The notes under the pieces: generated by a model
Database searches by the model: none
What the model was told of the DNA's origin: nothing
Seen by the model: only the letters and a program-made list of their open reading frames with translations
Program-made: the position numbers and the translations under genes
Shown here: piece after piece, positions 1 to 14,564 of the stretch
Position numbering within the stretch: position 1 is the first letter of the stretch
Layout of the letters: every line of letters starts with the position of its first letter
From: Octopus sinensis
Lineage: Eukaryota
DNA: 64,000 nt
Direction: 5' to 3'
NCBI RefSeq assembly: GCF_006345805.1
Contig: NW_021833447.1
Location: 1-64,000 of the forward strand

Positions 1-628
1 TATATAGATATATATACTATATATATATATATATGGGATGGGTGTTGATTTTTAGGTACATATAAAAAAAACGTAATGCTGTTATATTTCTATTAGCTTA
101 GGAGCAACGCGAGTTGAAGGACTTTTAAGTTTCAATACAATCTATTACTCTATCATCTATATATCTACAATTTATTCCCTCTCTCTCTCTCACGTATGTA
201 TGTATGTGCGTATATATATATATATAAATATACACAAGAAAAAAGCAACAAGAATGGATTAGTTGTTCAGTACAATATATATATATGTATGTATGTATTA
301 ATGTATATATAACTTTCTCCAGCACCTTCTTCTGCTCTGCCTCTCTAATACAGTTTAATTAAGATGTCAGCTGACATCTTTTTTTTGGGGGTTGCAATGT
401 TTACAAGCAGAAATAGAAAAGAAAAATGAATCAATAGTTATTGTTTGTTTTATTTTTCTTTAAATTAACAAATTTTATTACAAGAAATGTCAGACAAGCA
501 AATCCAACACTCAATTTTCGGTGGAAGGAAAACAGTCTTATTAATAATAATTATTTCTTACACAATACATACAGCGAAGAATGAAAGTACACTCCATTAT
601 ACATATAATTTTGTTTTTATGGATTAAC

Positions 629-675
<47 letters not shown>

Positions 676-2714
676 ATATATATATATGTACACTCACACA
701 CATATATACACTGACGGACGAAATACATATATGCATTTCTTGTAATAAAATTTGTTAATTTAAAGACAAAAAAAAAGCTATTGCTTCTTTTATTTTTTCT
801 GCTTGTAAACATTGCAAATAAGATGTCAACCGCTTCTTAATTAAACTGTATTAGAAGCAGAGCAGGAGAAAGACAAAGAGATGGTGCAAGAGAAAGTGAG
901 ATAGATAGAGAACATGAGAGAGAGAGAGAGAGAGGAGTATGGTTGTCACTCTGGTAGAGATTTAGAGAAGGATGATAGAGAGAAGAGAGAGAGTGAGAGA
1001 TAGAGACGCCGGTGGAGAATTTATGAGCACACAACAAATACTCAATAGCACAGTAACAAGAAGCGTACATACATTTACGCATACAATACTCACACAAACA
1101 CATTAATCCATACACACACACACACACACACATACATATTATATATATATATATATATATATATACATTCATATATATGCTTATACATATACTCATGCAT
1201 CATATGTAGATAGTCGCATTGAGAAGCTGAAAGATATTCCGTCAAACGTGAAGAAACAGTGTCTTTAAACAATGATGCAATAAAAAGCCAACCATAGCAA
1301 TTAAAGCAAGAAGTAGACCGTGATGAGGTTAGCGAGTGAAAAGGAAATTTTTTTGCTCCTTTCCATGAAACTAATCAGTCATAATTAACAGGTAAATAAA
1401 TTTAAACTGTAGAGAAGTTGAAGAGGGAAGGGGGAAAGAAAAAAAAGAATGCGTGCGTGTGTGAGAGAGAGAAAGGAGAAGGAGAGAAGGAGAGAAACTG
1501 TTGAGACCAGAGAGAAACAATAACAATAAAAGACAAACTCAATGCATACGTAACACACAAATACATTTGATGGGCTTCTGCACAGTTTCCGCCTACCACA
1601 TCCACTCCCAAGACATTGGTTGGGCGGGAGGTGTAGCAAAAATCCAAAATACTGCTCAAAATAAGTGAAACTGAAAACAAGTGGATGCGAACTTCTTAAC
1701 TGCAAAGATCTCTTTGCGTCTAAGCACACACACAATTATTTGCATTTAAAAAGGAACAAGGCAAAAAAAGAATAATGAATTATTTATCGCTGATGTGACT
1801 TTAACTTGCTAATTAAATTAAAATACAAAACTTAGCATATATTAACGGAAAGATTGATTGGAGATCAAAATGATAAATCTTAATTTATTATTACATCGAT
1901 ACCAGAATAATCATTGGTAGTCGTTAATATGATCAAGATGATCATATTAAGCGGGGGAGCTTGCAGCAAAGGTGTTCAACTCGCTCGTCACTAACGTCAT
2001 TTAGGGAAAGCAACGGGACCCTAACTCATAGTAGAGCTTTTTATCCTCTAAATAGAGGAGAGACAGTCATGGCTGGAATGCTTCTGCATCCTCATTGGTC
2101 ATTCATCAGTCGCCCTTCCCCACTCGCCTGTTCACCCATCTGTATTACAGAAATATTACTCTAATCCTCCATTCAGCCCTTTAACAATATGGCTGCCAAG
2201 GTGATTAACATCGAATTAAGTATTTAGTCTAACATCAGTTCGTGTTGACCTTAAATGGCAGGGTCTCGTACAGATATACCGACGCCTCTTGTTGTTACCG
2301 CTGTTGCTGCTGCTGCTGCTACTGTTGTTATTGATGGTGGTGTTGGTGGTGATGGTGATGTTGTTGGCATTGTTTTTGTTGTTGGCGTTAATGTGTTTAG
2401 CTTGATTTACATTCCGCCAATAAATTATGAGCAATTAGAGACGAGAGAGAGAGAGAGATGAGATAAAAAGATTGAGACGGAGAGAAAGAGAGTAAGAGGA
2501 TAAAAGAAGGAGAGTCAGAGTGAGTGAGAGAGAGAGAGGTACTGAGAGACAATGCCTGAGAATCAATATGGTGGTTGTGGCGAGAAAAAGGAGATTTAAA
2601 GAGTTAGGGTGATCATGATGTTAAAGTTTGCTGCGGGTGTAGGCGGCGCGCGGAGGAAAAGGTGATGAAAGAAATAAGATAGACAGCAACAACGATAAGC
2701 CATCCGCAACGGCA

Positions 2715-2960
2715 AGAGCAGGAACCTAAGTCAAAGAGAGAGAGAGGCTCTAAATGGTCGCTCGACATGCTAGAGATAGTAGCCAAATAATCCTCAAATC
2801 ACACCTTGAAGTATTCGAGAAGGACACGGTTGGGTTAATGTGATCCTGGTTTCTCTGCACGTGAAAAATAGGTGGAGTGGTCACGATTGGAATACCATTG
2901 GTAATAGGTCTCTTCTACAAAGGCCAATTGAGAGCTAAACAGCAGTAATAATAATAATAA
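2715..2960 (+). mobile_element. SINE-like repeat with (TAA)n tail
   Basis: gctagagatagtagccaaataatcctcaaatcacacc..gctaaacagcagtaataataataataa. A related antisense fragment lies at ~4635-4680 (gagatttgggggctatttctcg). Confidence 0.45.
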
Positions 2961-5279
2961 GACTATAAACTCAAATCGTTTGAAATAACAGCGAAATGTT
3001 CTTCAAATCACATCACTAACGATACTACCTCAACTATAACGACGACCACCACCACCACTAACACCAGAACCACCACGAACAACAACCACAATAACTACAA
3101 CAAAACCAATGACTGTGATAACACCCGAGATGTTAACAGCATTATCAACTTGTCATCTTCTATTTGTGTATACATGTCTATATACATGTGTGTGTGGCTT
3201 TGCATGTATGCATGTATGTATGTATGTATGAATGAATGTATGTACGTATATATGCATATGTACGTATGTATGTATGTGTGTATGTACGTATATGTGTATG
3301 TATGTATGTATGTATGAATGTATGTATGTGTGTGTATGTATGGATGTATATGTATGAAGATACCGCCTTGAATGAGTTTGGATTTGTGTATATTAGTGTG
3401 TATATGTTCTGAGTATACGATAGTGCGCCTATGTGTGTGTGTGGGTGTGTGTCTATGCTGTGCTGAAGGAGCAAGTTCACGGATTAAAGAGAGTACGGTC
3501 AATTGTGTAATTAATTAGATTACAAACCACAACTCCACCCACCATCACCACCACTCCTGCAACAACAACAGCAACACTACGGCATCAATAACCATAATTA
3601 CAATCATTATACACCGTACCATCAGCCCAATAGCAATAAGAATAATCATAGTAGTAGTAGTAGTGTACGCCACCACCGACACCACAACCATCTGCCATCA
3701 CTAAACTGCTCGCTCACCACCACCACCACCACCACCGCCGCTACCATTCTTGCTGTCACTATCAAAGAGCATGTTGACAAGAGCATTGTTTCAATGACAC
3801 TGATCCGCCGATTACAATCAGCACCACACCGACCCCCGGTAACCCCCACCACCACCACACCCATACTTCACTCTGCACTTTCATCGTCACATCTATCCAC
3901 AGCTTTCGCCACCCCCTCTCCAAACCCACCACCACCGCCATAATTATACTAACTACCCCCCTTCCCCCCTCACTCCCGCTTTCTCGGTCTTTATCGCAGG
4001 ATCCATCAAGATTTTTTTTTTCTACAGAAATGTCACACCGCAGATAACTTGATAAGGCGTTTTTCACTTCAGTTTACAGAACCCCTCACTCTCTCTCTTT
4101 CTTTCTCTCTCTCTATCTATCTGTCTTTCTACCTCCCTTTCTTTTTATCACCATTTTATCATATATATACTCACAGATAGGCTTATATACACACATTCTC
4201 TTCCTCTCACCGTCACTCCAGCTTACCGCTTTTCCCTTATCACCACACACTCACACACATACAGACACACACACACTCACACCGTGTTCCAACCTTCTTA
4301 CTTTCAGTCTTTCTTCTTCACTCTTTGTCATCGTTCCTCTTTATCTTTTTCTTTTACCTCTATTTTTTTTTTTACATACATTTCACAAATCGATCAATTT
4401 ATTTATCTCAACACGGTTTCAATCCTTAGTTGCAGCAATTTCCTACCACTTGCATCGCAAATGCTCTTTCCGATGCCCAGCTTCCCATGCATAACGATCG
4501 TTTCCTAGCACTAGCATGAGGCTGTGATGACAACAACGACGCCCCCGCTTCATCGCTGATGATGCTTTCGCTGTAGCCTATCTGCAACTACATCATCAAA
4601 TGTGTCCCTTTTTTAAGACGACGACGTGGAATTTGAGTGAGATTTGGGGGCTATTTCTCGCAAACTACCCTCCCACATAGTTACCATTCTTACTATCACC
4701 AGTAGAATGCTATGATTCTTTGACGAAAGAATACAACCGATGAAAGCGATCCGGGAATGTGCCTGATATGAGACAAAGTTAATAATCTTTGCTAGCAGCC
4801 GAGCTCAAAACGAAGAAGTGAAATTAAATGATGTTAAACAATGAAGCACCACTTATACCTTTCCTCCCATCCACGGCGCCCTCTTATTAGCTTATATTGA
4901 TCAAACTAACACCAATAATGTGTGTATATATTTATACACGCATGACGAAATATAAAAACATTTATATCAACAATATGGTTGTAATGTAATGAGTTGAACA
5001 GCTTCAGTTCGCTAAAGATACTTTATGCATTCCATGATTGTTGCTTTCATCAGCTTGGCTGACATGTAGTTGGGATCAGTACTATGCAAATCAGGCTCTC
5101 CCAACACACAGACGATGGCTGTAGAATCAATAGCGGGTAGAAGAGAATATCTTGTATCTTTTGCAGAGCTATGCGATCAGAGTTCAAATCCAGCTCAGAG
5201 TCAGTCGATTTTAATCAGGGCTCTACAATTAAAGTACTTTCCAACAACTAGAATTGATTCTTATCCTCTTTCCCTATCT

Positions 5280-5336
<57 letters not shown>

Positions 5337-5361
5337 TTACCTATCTATCTATCTACCGATC

Positions 5362-5510
5362 TAGATACAAAATGAGACAAGAACGCAAAACATCCGGACA
5401 ACTAGGTGATACAAAAAGAGACAACAAAACATGCAGAAAGACGATACAAAAGAAAAACAAGGACGGGTCATTCGAAGCCTTTTATCCCCAGTCAAGAACC
5501 GGATCATCCG
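5362..5510 (-). repeat. Unclassified dispersed repeat (possibly Penelope-like terminal-repeat remnant)
   Basis: Reverse complement matches 61175-61290 (gatgatccggttcttgactg..ggcttcgaatg.cccgtcc..ttttgtatcgtct..tgttttgcgttcttgtc). The family label is inference only. Confidence 0.6.
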
Positions 5511-6231
5511 TCTGTTCATCTCTCGGTATCGCCTACATTGTTGTGTGTAAAAGATCTTAGAGGGTTCACAGATAGCCTCATCACTTTTCAGTGATGTAAA
5601 ATACTTAGTAAACCAATTCTCATAAAATATGTTACCGAAATCGTAGGAGGACGGTTAATTGTACAATATATATAATATATTCAGAGGAAAGAAATTAAGG
5701 CGACAAACGAACGCATAAACAAACTCACAAACATCAACATAAACATCCACCAGACATACAACAATATTCTCAGAGAGGAATGTTAAAAGAGACAGTGCAA
5801 ACACACCAGAAAATCAACCACAATAACTCCACAATATAGACGGGAACAACAACAACAACAACGATAGCAGAAACTGTAAACTGAACAAGGAACAGCTGAT
5901 AGAATCTACAAATTAAAAGACGATGCTTTCAGGAGAAAGTCGCCATTAAATCCTACTTAATAATATTACATGAAACACCAAGAATCGTAATTAATATTTT
6001 GCCTAAAGATATTAACTGTGATAGTAGTTTTGTTATTACTTTCACTCTCTCATTCTCCCTACTCTCTCTTCTCTCTCTCCCACCCACCCCACATATTATC
6101 AGCTTGGCATTCTGATATACACATACACATGTATACATAAATCGCGAGCATTCATGCATACACACACACATATATGCAGATGTGTAGATATATATATCTG
6201 CGTGTGTCTATCTATCAACACACACATGTAA

Positions 6232-6271
<40 letters not shown>

Positions 6272-7912
6272 ATGTGGGTAACTACACAAGCAACCCAGAG
6301 CGTACTAATAGACTTCACTAATTAACGACACATGCAAGACGTAGGTACATCGTCAGAAAGGCGGCTTAAAACAAATTATACTTTACGAAATGTGTATCCA
6401 ACAAACTGTTCTTCTCCAACATATTGAATGTTTCTTTTTTACTATGTTTTTCTTCATTATATACATCCATGTTATTGTGGCAAATACCCTAAAATAACCG
6501 ACATTTAGATAAACGGGTGCAAAAGGTGCAGACCGACTGTTTAGTATATAAGAAAAAAAATCGCTTTTGCCTCTGTTTTACACATACACAAACGTATGCA
6601 TATGCACTTGAATGCCGTATATAGGTATGGGTATATACACACACACGTACTATAAAAATAGTATAGTGAGCTGGCCGTGAGGGGCGGAAGACCTAACGTT
6701 TCTGTTAGTGTCCGTCTTCAGGGAAAATTTGAAAGGAGAAATAAATGAGACCCTTTATATCGATTTTACTGCACATGTCTTGCCTACAGACTCCAACCAT
6801 TTTAGATCCTGTGTGTGTCTCTGTGTATATATATTAAGTAATCTTCAGGCACTGAAAACATGGCCTGTACAAATAACACAAGACAATAGAACAAGTGAAC
6901 CCACGTGGGCAAAAAGTGGAAGAGTGCTAAAAAAAATAATGAAACGAAAGATAGGGATAAAAAAGGAGTAGAGTTATGTCTCCTTTGACCGTAGAATCAT
7001 AAAGCTAGATGATGTAGAATCAACACAAGGGGTCTAAAGTCTGAGATGCAACTGCTCAATCCGGAGAAAGTGGTGTTCTCCAATTCGCCAAAAGGAACTT
7101 GTCAATATAGTTGCATTTGCAGAAAAATTCTCATTTGGAATTCAGCAGTACGGCGGAATTCTTAGATCTAAAAAGGATATGCAATCTTTCAGATATGCTA
7201 AACTTGCATATTTTAAAATCCATTAACATTTGACATGGATTTTTCTACGATTCTTCTCTTCTTAGTATGTGGCGTGGAGTTGGTCTTCACTTCCAATAAG
7301 TGGATAGCCAGCATACTGGCTTTATTTTTGTTCACATACCGCAAAGACAGGTAGTTAGCACAGTGTCTTTTTATGTCACGTTCGCATTAAACCGATGTAA
7401 TTCTCCTTTTTTGGTTAGGTTATGCAGTGTTGCTGTAAGTTCTATCACATGTATGATGGAGTTTATCATGGTCGAGTGGACAAGCTCCAGAGTCTGGACA
7501 GTTTCAACTGGGAATGGACTCTTGGTGATGTTTACTGGTAATGTCCTTCATATCAGGACAGTAGCTATACGATAATCTAATTGAGCGTCTGTAATAGATC
7601 TTTATCAGCTTGTGACTTTCAGGGAAATGTTTATTTAAGAGAGAAAGGAATCTTCCACCTACGTTAGTTTTAACATTTAGGGAGAAGAGGTGGAGCGAAC
7701 CAAATTATTTTCCTAGGTCTATTCTATTTTTCGTATTATTACTAGAAGGATTGTAATGTAACTTATCTCTGAAGCCACTATTAGCTAGGGCATTGTTTTA
7801 GTAGGGAGTTGCCTTAACAATTTCTTTAGAAGACATAAAGCAAATAGCAATCCCCTTCGACATGTGTGTGCATATGCATATATTACATATGTATTTGATA
7901 TACATAGATATA

Positions 7913-8078
7913 AGCGCATTATGGTCGATTGGTTAAGAAGCTTGCTTCGCACCAGTGAGGTTGTAGGTTCTATCTTATAGTTTAGTATTTTGGGTAAATT
8001 ATTTTCTGAAGCCTCACTTCTAATCAGGCCACATTTGAATGAAACTGAACTGACAGAAACTATATAGAAGCCCGCCAG
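7913..8078 (+). mobile_element. SINE family A, degraded 5' part
   Basis: ggttaagaagcttgcttc..ggttc..gaaact..agaagcccg matches the family head. Confidence 0.6.
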
Positions 8079-9139
8079 ATAGATTGTACTTGCGAATAAG
8101 AATTCACGTATTAATGCTTGACCACTTATAGGAAAATGCACGAGTAAGCAATTCAGCTGATCGTGCAACAAGATCCGCATCATCGAACGACGGACATCTT
8201 TCATGAATGCTCAAACATATAGTTTCCTTTTCTAGTTGAGCACCTCATTTTAACAAGAAAAAAAAATTTCTATAGGTGAGTAAAGAACATAATATTTATC
8301 GATAATTACAAACGTTTTGAAACTTCTTGAAGTAGTAGTTTTAACCGATGAAATAAGGAAATTAAATAACGTAGACAACTGAATCACGGCAGCTTTGAAC
8401 ACCTTTCTTCTAACCAGGAAAGTTTCAATTCTGTTTGTGATTACTGATAAATGTGAAACACACATAAACTATATCTGGCGCTACAGAAAGGTCATCTACT
8501 TGATTCAAGTAATTAATCAAAGATAAGTATTTAAAATAAGTATAGATAAGTTTTCTGCAAGGGTTTAATCTCTCAAATAGAATATATTTACTATGCTTTC
8601 CTATTTTGTAAATACTTTTCTTTGCATGCGATGCGTTTTGTTTTACGCACATTATAACGGAAAGGCTCCGATTCCCAGTGCTCAGCGTTGTTCGTTTCCG
8701 ATCATCTCCTGGTAAACCGAACTTGGTTTTCTTTTGAATATCCTCTGCTTCAAAATCTTTTGAAATATGAAATGAAATTTTGGAGGAAAAGTTTATCGTT
8801 ATGTTCTTTCGTCTACAGGTCTTTGTGCGCGACACTTGCAGAGACGGTTGTTTCAAGCTCACGTTTTTGATTTCATTTCTCGTTCGCGTCATGAACGCCA
8901 TTCAATCGAAATTATGGTATTGCGTTGCTGTTTAAGCAATATTCTTAATTAATACTTTCAATTAATGTTTTTTTTAAAAACAATGCGGGTGTTCATTTTT
9001 CAGCTGATGATCAGAAACGAACAAATTTGAGCATTGGACATCGGAGCTTTTCAGCAATGTATGTATTAAAGAATACTTTACATTGTATTGAGACCTGAAA
9101 TTCATCGCATCTCTATGAATCAATAGAGATTTATATATA

Positions 9140-9260
9140 TTACTGTGTGTGTGTTTTTGTATTTGTCCTCCTATCACCATTTGACAACCGGTGTCGGTGT
9201 GTTTAGGTCCCCGTAAATTAGAGGTTTGGCAAAGGAGACCGATATAATAAGTACTAGGCT
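9140..9260 (+). mobile_element. SINE family A, 3' body fragment
   Basis: ttgacaaccggtgtcggtgtgttt..ggcaaaggagaccgatataataagtactaggct. Confidence 0.8.
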
Positions 9261-9496
9261 GTGTAAATATATGACTGTGTGTAACATCTGCTATGTCAAA
9301 CCGTCCAACGCATGCCAGCATGGAAAGTGGATGCTAAACGTTGATGATGTGTATATATGTGTGTGTGGTTGTGTATATATATGTGTGTGTATAATATATA
9401 TTATGTATGTAAACATGTGTGTGTGTGTATATATATATGTAAATATATGTGTGTATATATATATATTTATTTATGTGTGTGTGTGTTTATTCACAC

Positions 9497-9530
<34 letters not shown>

Positions 9531-10074
9531 ATTCATATATATATATATGTAGGGAAGTGAGAGAGATAAAGTGGCTGTCTATCTTTGCACGTATGTATGC
9601 CACCATAAATAAAAACTTTTTATGAAAAGAAATGAACCTTCGACGCCTAACACCCGAAAAGAAAAGTATGAGCACAGAAACAAGGAGTATTTAAGATAAG
9701 TCTAATAAACGCACGCACACGCACACTCATACATACTTGCACATGATGCCACGGTTTGTCGTGATTTATACACACCCACAATGTACGTACTTACCTACCG
9801 GCTTCTACACCAACAACAGAGCAACACTAACAACAAAATAGGATGTCGCGCTATTTGATTAAGCATTTTTTTTTTCAAGAATTGTGAACGCGCTGCTGGA
9901 AGAAAATTTTCCGTACTTTATCATCCACCACCCGGACCTCAATACTTTACTCCACTTATTTGATCCATATCCACTCCTACTACTACTCTTATTGTTAATG
10001 TTATCTTTTTCTGCCATGTTATGTTGTTATGCTGTAATTGTTTTAGTAACCGGGTTTCGGCCTTTTCACAGCAA

Positions 10075-10535
10075 CGCCTTGACTTGAAAGGTTTAGTCGA
10101 ACAAATCGACCACAATATATATATATATATATATATTAGTCTGTTACTTATTCTATCGGCTCTTTTGCTGAACCGCTATGTTACATGAATGTAAAATAAT
10201 CCAATGACGGTTGGATACACTCACATACATGTATTAATGTATGTGTGTGTATGTACGTACGTGTGTTTGTATGTATATACTTACATGTGTATGTACGTGT
10301 GTATGTATGATGTATGCATGTGTTATGTATGTATGTATGTATGTATGTATGCATGTGTATCTGTCACGGGCTTCCACACACTTTCCCCTAACCAAATTCT
10401 CTCACAGGGCATTTATCAGTTCGAGATTTTAGCAGAATAGTAGAAGACACGTGTCTCTGGTGTCACGCAATGGGACTGAACTCGAACCCACACAGACGAA
10501 AAGCAAGCTATTCAACCACACAGTCAGGCATACCC
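10075..10535 (-). mobile_element. SINE family A, degraded full length with expanded (TATG)n core
   Basis: 3' body at 10075-10220 and 5' head at 10355-10535 (gggactgaactcg, agcaagcta, ccacacag) flank a microsatellite. Confidence 0.75.
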
Positions 10536-10945
10536 CATGTTATTCAAAGTATGTTATTAGAATCAGTTTGAAGACCATAACAACCACAAAAACGACTCGA
10601 GTTTTCAGAATTCAACACCTGGACACATTCTTCATATTTGTTGAAAGTTTCAAAATATGTGACGATGACTGCGGTTGATTCTTTCTTTTAAATAAATGCC
10701 AGCCACTTAGGAGAAGGGGGTGGGTGGAATGATGTTTATTCTGGTTTCGTTCTTGCAAGAGGGGCTTCAAGTATGTGACCGTCTCATAATATGCCACTCC
10801 CCCACTTCCAAGAAATTGCTTCTACCCTATCATAATTACAATATTTTTCAGCGTTCTACATACACCCCACTAAATTATATCCCATCTCAAAAGATACGTT
10901 TTTCAATGGTTGTGAAATAACATATTTTGCACTGCATGCCTCTCT

Positions 10946-10976
<31 letters not shown>

Positions 10977-11248
10977 ACATCTACCTATGTAAGCATGTAT
11001 ATATATGTACACACATGCATACATATATAGGTAGCTATTACATGTGCGTGTGTGCATAAGCACGAACCTATCTATGCATCTATCTTATATATATCTATCT
11101 ATATATCTATCTGTTTCTCTATCCATTTATTTCATATATATATATATATATATATTTACAACAGACACCTGCCAATATATATATATATATATATGTTTTT
11201 CAGTTTATGTATATACAAAATGTATATTTGAATATGTGAGTATGTATG

Positions 11249-11293
<45 letters not shown>

Positions 11294-11869
11294 CCATTCA
11301 GCAATAAATAAATGCAAGAGCTGATATTTTGGGTGGGGAGTGGGTGTACCACACTGCCTTGTATTCCTTTTGCGACCTCAATAAATCACTAATATCACGT
11401 GTCATCACTTCTCGATCATCCAACTCGCGTTACGTAAGACAAAAGTATTACAATACCAACACAATATTAGGAAATGTAAAAACGAAGCCAGAGACACCGC
11501 ATTATGATGTAATTACATTATGGGGGATACCGCATCCACCATCACCACCACCACCACCACCACCACCATCATCATCGTCACTATCATCATGATCTTTGTT
11601 GTCGTTGTTCCTAACACCGGTTTAATAGACATTTTTTTCCCCTATTTACCATCTTACCCATTTCACAAACTTCCACCGTGTCAGAAGAATGCACACTAAA
11701 CTAATTCACCGCCACTACCACCACCACCGCCGTTACCTTCATGGATTAGCTTTTCTCCTCCTCTTCCTTCGCCCAATGAATTCAATTATCCCTCCATCTC
11801 TCTCTCTATTCCTTTCTCTCTTGTTTCATTATCTCTCACACTCTCTGTGTCTATCAACGCCCCTCTCTG

Positions 11870-12050
11870 TATGTCTGTGAGTGTGTGTGTATGTATATAT
11901 ATATTATATATATATATATATAGATATAATATATATAATATATATGCCTATATGTGTAAGCATGCATATATAATATATATATATAATATATAATATTATG
12001 TATATATATGTGTATATATATATATGTGTGTATATATATGTATATATGTG

Positions 12051-12082
<32 letters not shown>

Positions 12083-12225
12083 GTATATAATGTGTATATA
12101 ATATATATATATATATTATATATTATAAAATGCCTATATGTGTAAGCATGCATATATATATATACACACACACACATACAAATCCCTCCCACTGTCACTT
12201 TATATATATATACGTATCTATATAT

Positions 12226-12270
<45 letters not shown>

Positions 12271-12849
12271 TCACCACTACCCTACATCTTTCTCCTCCTC
12301 TCTCTCCCCCCCTCTCCATCGATCCCTCCTACTGTGATTTCCTCTAGGCAGTCGATAACCAACTTCTTCCGATGTTGCGAACAGCGCAGTGTCTTCAGTT
12401 AACCATTTCGGAAGAGATTCTGAACAACTCAGACAACACACACACACACACACACACTGAATCACCTACCCACCCACCCCCATCTCAGATGTGAAACCCC
12501 CCACTCCACCAATAGACTTCTCATTTCGAAAATTGGAATGAAGAAATAAAACAAAAAATACTAAAGAAAAAAAAAGTTAATTAAATAAATATAACATAAA
12601 TATGAAAATAAAATAAAATGCTGTCTGTCTGTCCGTCCGTCTCATTCCCCCTCCTTTTTTCACACTCCTCACACACACACCCTCACCTGCCCTTCCCTCC
12701 CCCGTATCATTTATCTTTATACTTTATGTTAATATTTTTTTTCTTGGTAAATTTTCCTTTTAATAACAGCACAGTGTGTATGTATATGTTTGAAGAATAT
12801 ATATGTATAGTGTATGAATGTGCGGATATATATATATATATGTGTGTGT

Positions 12850-12883
<34 letters not shown>

Positions 12884-13215
12884 TTATATGTTCGTGTGTT
12901 TATATGAACATATCCAAGTACAATGCTGCATGTGTAATTGTGTAATGCTATCTACATGTGTGGGTATGTATATATATATATTATATATATATATAATACA
13001 TTCATATATATATATATACATGTGTGTGTGTGTGTTTGTATATGCATGTATGCGCGTGTATGTGTTTACTCAGGAATGATATGCTTGTTCATATGTATGG
13101 GAGTGTACAATATATATATATATATATATACACATACACACACACACACACATAGATATATAATAATATATTATATATATAATATATATATATATATATT
13201 ATATATAATGTATAG

Positions 13216-13270
<55 letters not shown>
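11870..13270. repeat. (TA)n/(TG)n/(CA)n microsatellite-rich block
   Basis: Directly visible. Confidence 0.9.
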
Positions 13271-13281
<11 letters not shown>

Positions 13282-13811
13282 ATGTATATATACGGACGTG
13301 TCTGTGTAGGGATTTTATAAGTATGAATATGACACCATTACCATTATATGCTAATTACGATTTATTTCGCTATAAATTTTTCAGGAAAAGAAAAAACTGT
13401 GAAAGTAAATAAAAAAATAAAAGCGAAAATATATAGGAAGACAGAAGAAAGCATAGATTTAAAACTGCTTCCATACAATCTACACACTCCTCCATCTTCG
13501 ATACGTACACACGGATGCACAAACACACGCGCGCGCACGCACCTTTAGTCTCTTACCGGTTTGAGTGTGTGCGTTCATTTATAAATATCTGCATATGAAC
13601 ACATGTATCTATATCGTTCTAGCTGATACATATAAGTACATGTGCATTTATGTAGTCTGTGTGTGTGTGTGTGTGCGTGTGCATACATACATACTGTATA
13701 TATATATATATATACACACACACATATATATATATATATACGTATGTATGTGTGTGTATATATATATATATGTATGTATAAATATAAATACACATTCATA
13801 TGCATGTATAA

Positions 13812-13845
<34 letters not shown>

Positions 13846-14185
13846 TCACATTAACACCTATATTTGTATATATATATATATACGCTCGCACACAGAGATA
13901 GATATAGATAGTGAGAGAGAGGGAAAGAGAGAGATATAGGTAAATGTATATTTCTACGAGTTGGCTGTATTTGTAAAGTCGAACCTATACTTATACACAC
14001 ACATACACACATACAAACAATTTTGTTGTTCACGTAAGTAAAAACTGAACAAGAGAACAATTCATTAAAGACAGGAAGTGACGTATGGAATTGGTTGCTA
14101 TATGTTGCTGTTATTGGTGTTTATGTGTGAAGATACACGTGTGTGCATGAAGGCATGTGTAGGTGTGTATGCATGTATGTTTGTA

Positions 14186-14219
<34 letters not shown>

Positions 14220-14564
14220 GTGAAGAAAAGTGGTGCATTCCCACGCAGGAAAGAATATAGGAAAGCTTACTTTGTTGGGTGAAAATGCACCTGGGTATGA
14301 AAACGTATGGTCATTTTTTAATTTTATATCATAATTAATACCAAACCGGTTTCGAAAATTTTCTTTTTATGTGTGGTAAATAAAAAAAAATAAACGTTTT
14401 AGAGGAAGTTAAAGCTACAAGGAAGAGTTCGGAAAAAGTAGAGCCTGCTTAAAAGATCTAAATATTCATATTAATTCCAATATTCAAGAAGTTTCACAGA
14501 GATAAACAGTAATATAGGTTCAAATGCTCGATGACTTTCATAACAGTCATACATGATTGAAAAG

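Noticed and set aside
2255-2461. Poly-Ala/Val/Gly ORF
   Set aside because: Derived from (GCT)n/(GTT)n/(GGT)n trinucleotide repeats; no splice context.
7260-7600. 91-aa ORF / LINE-like complex sequence
   Set aside because: No diagnostic RT or endonuclease motif found on either strand.
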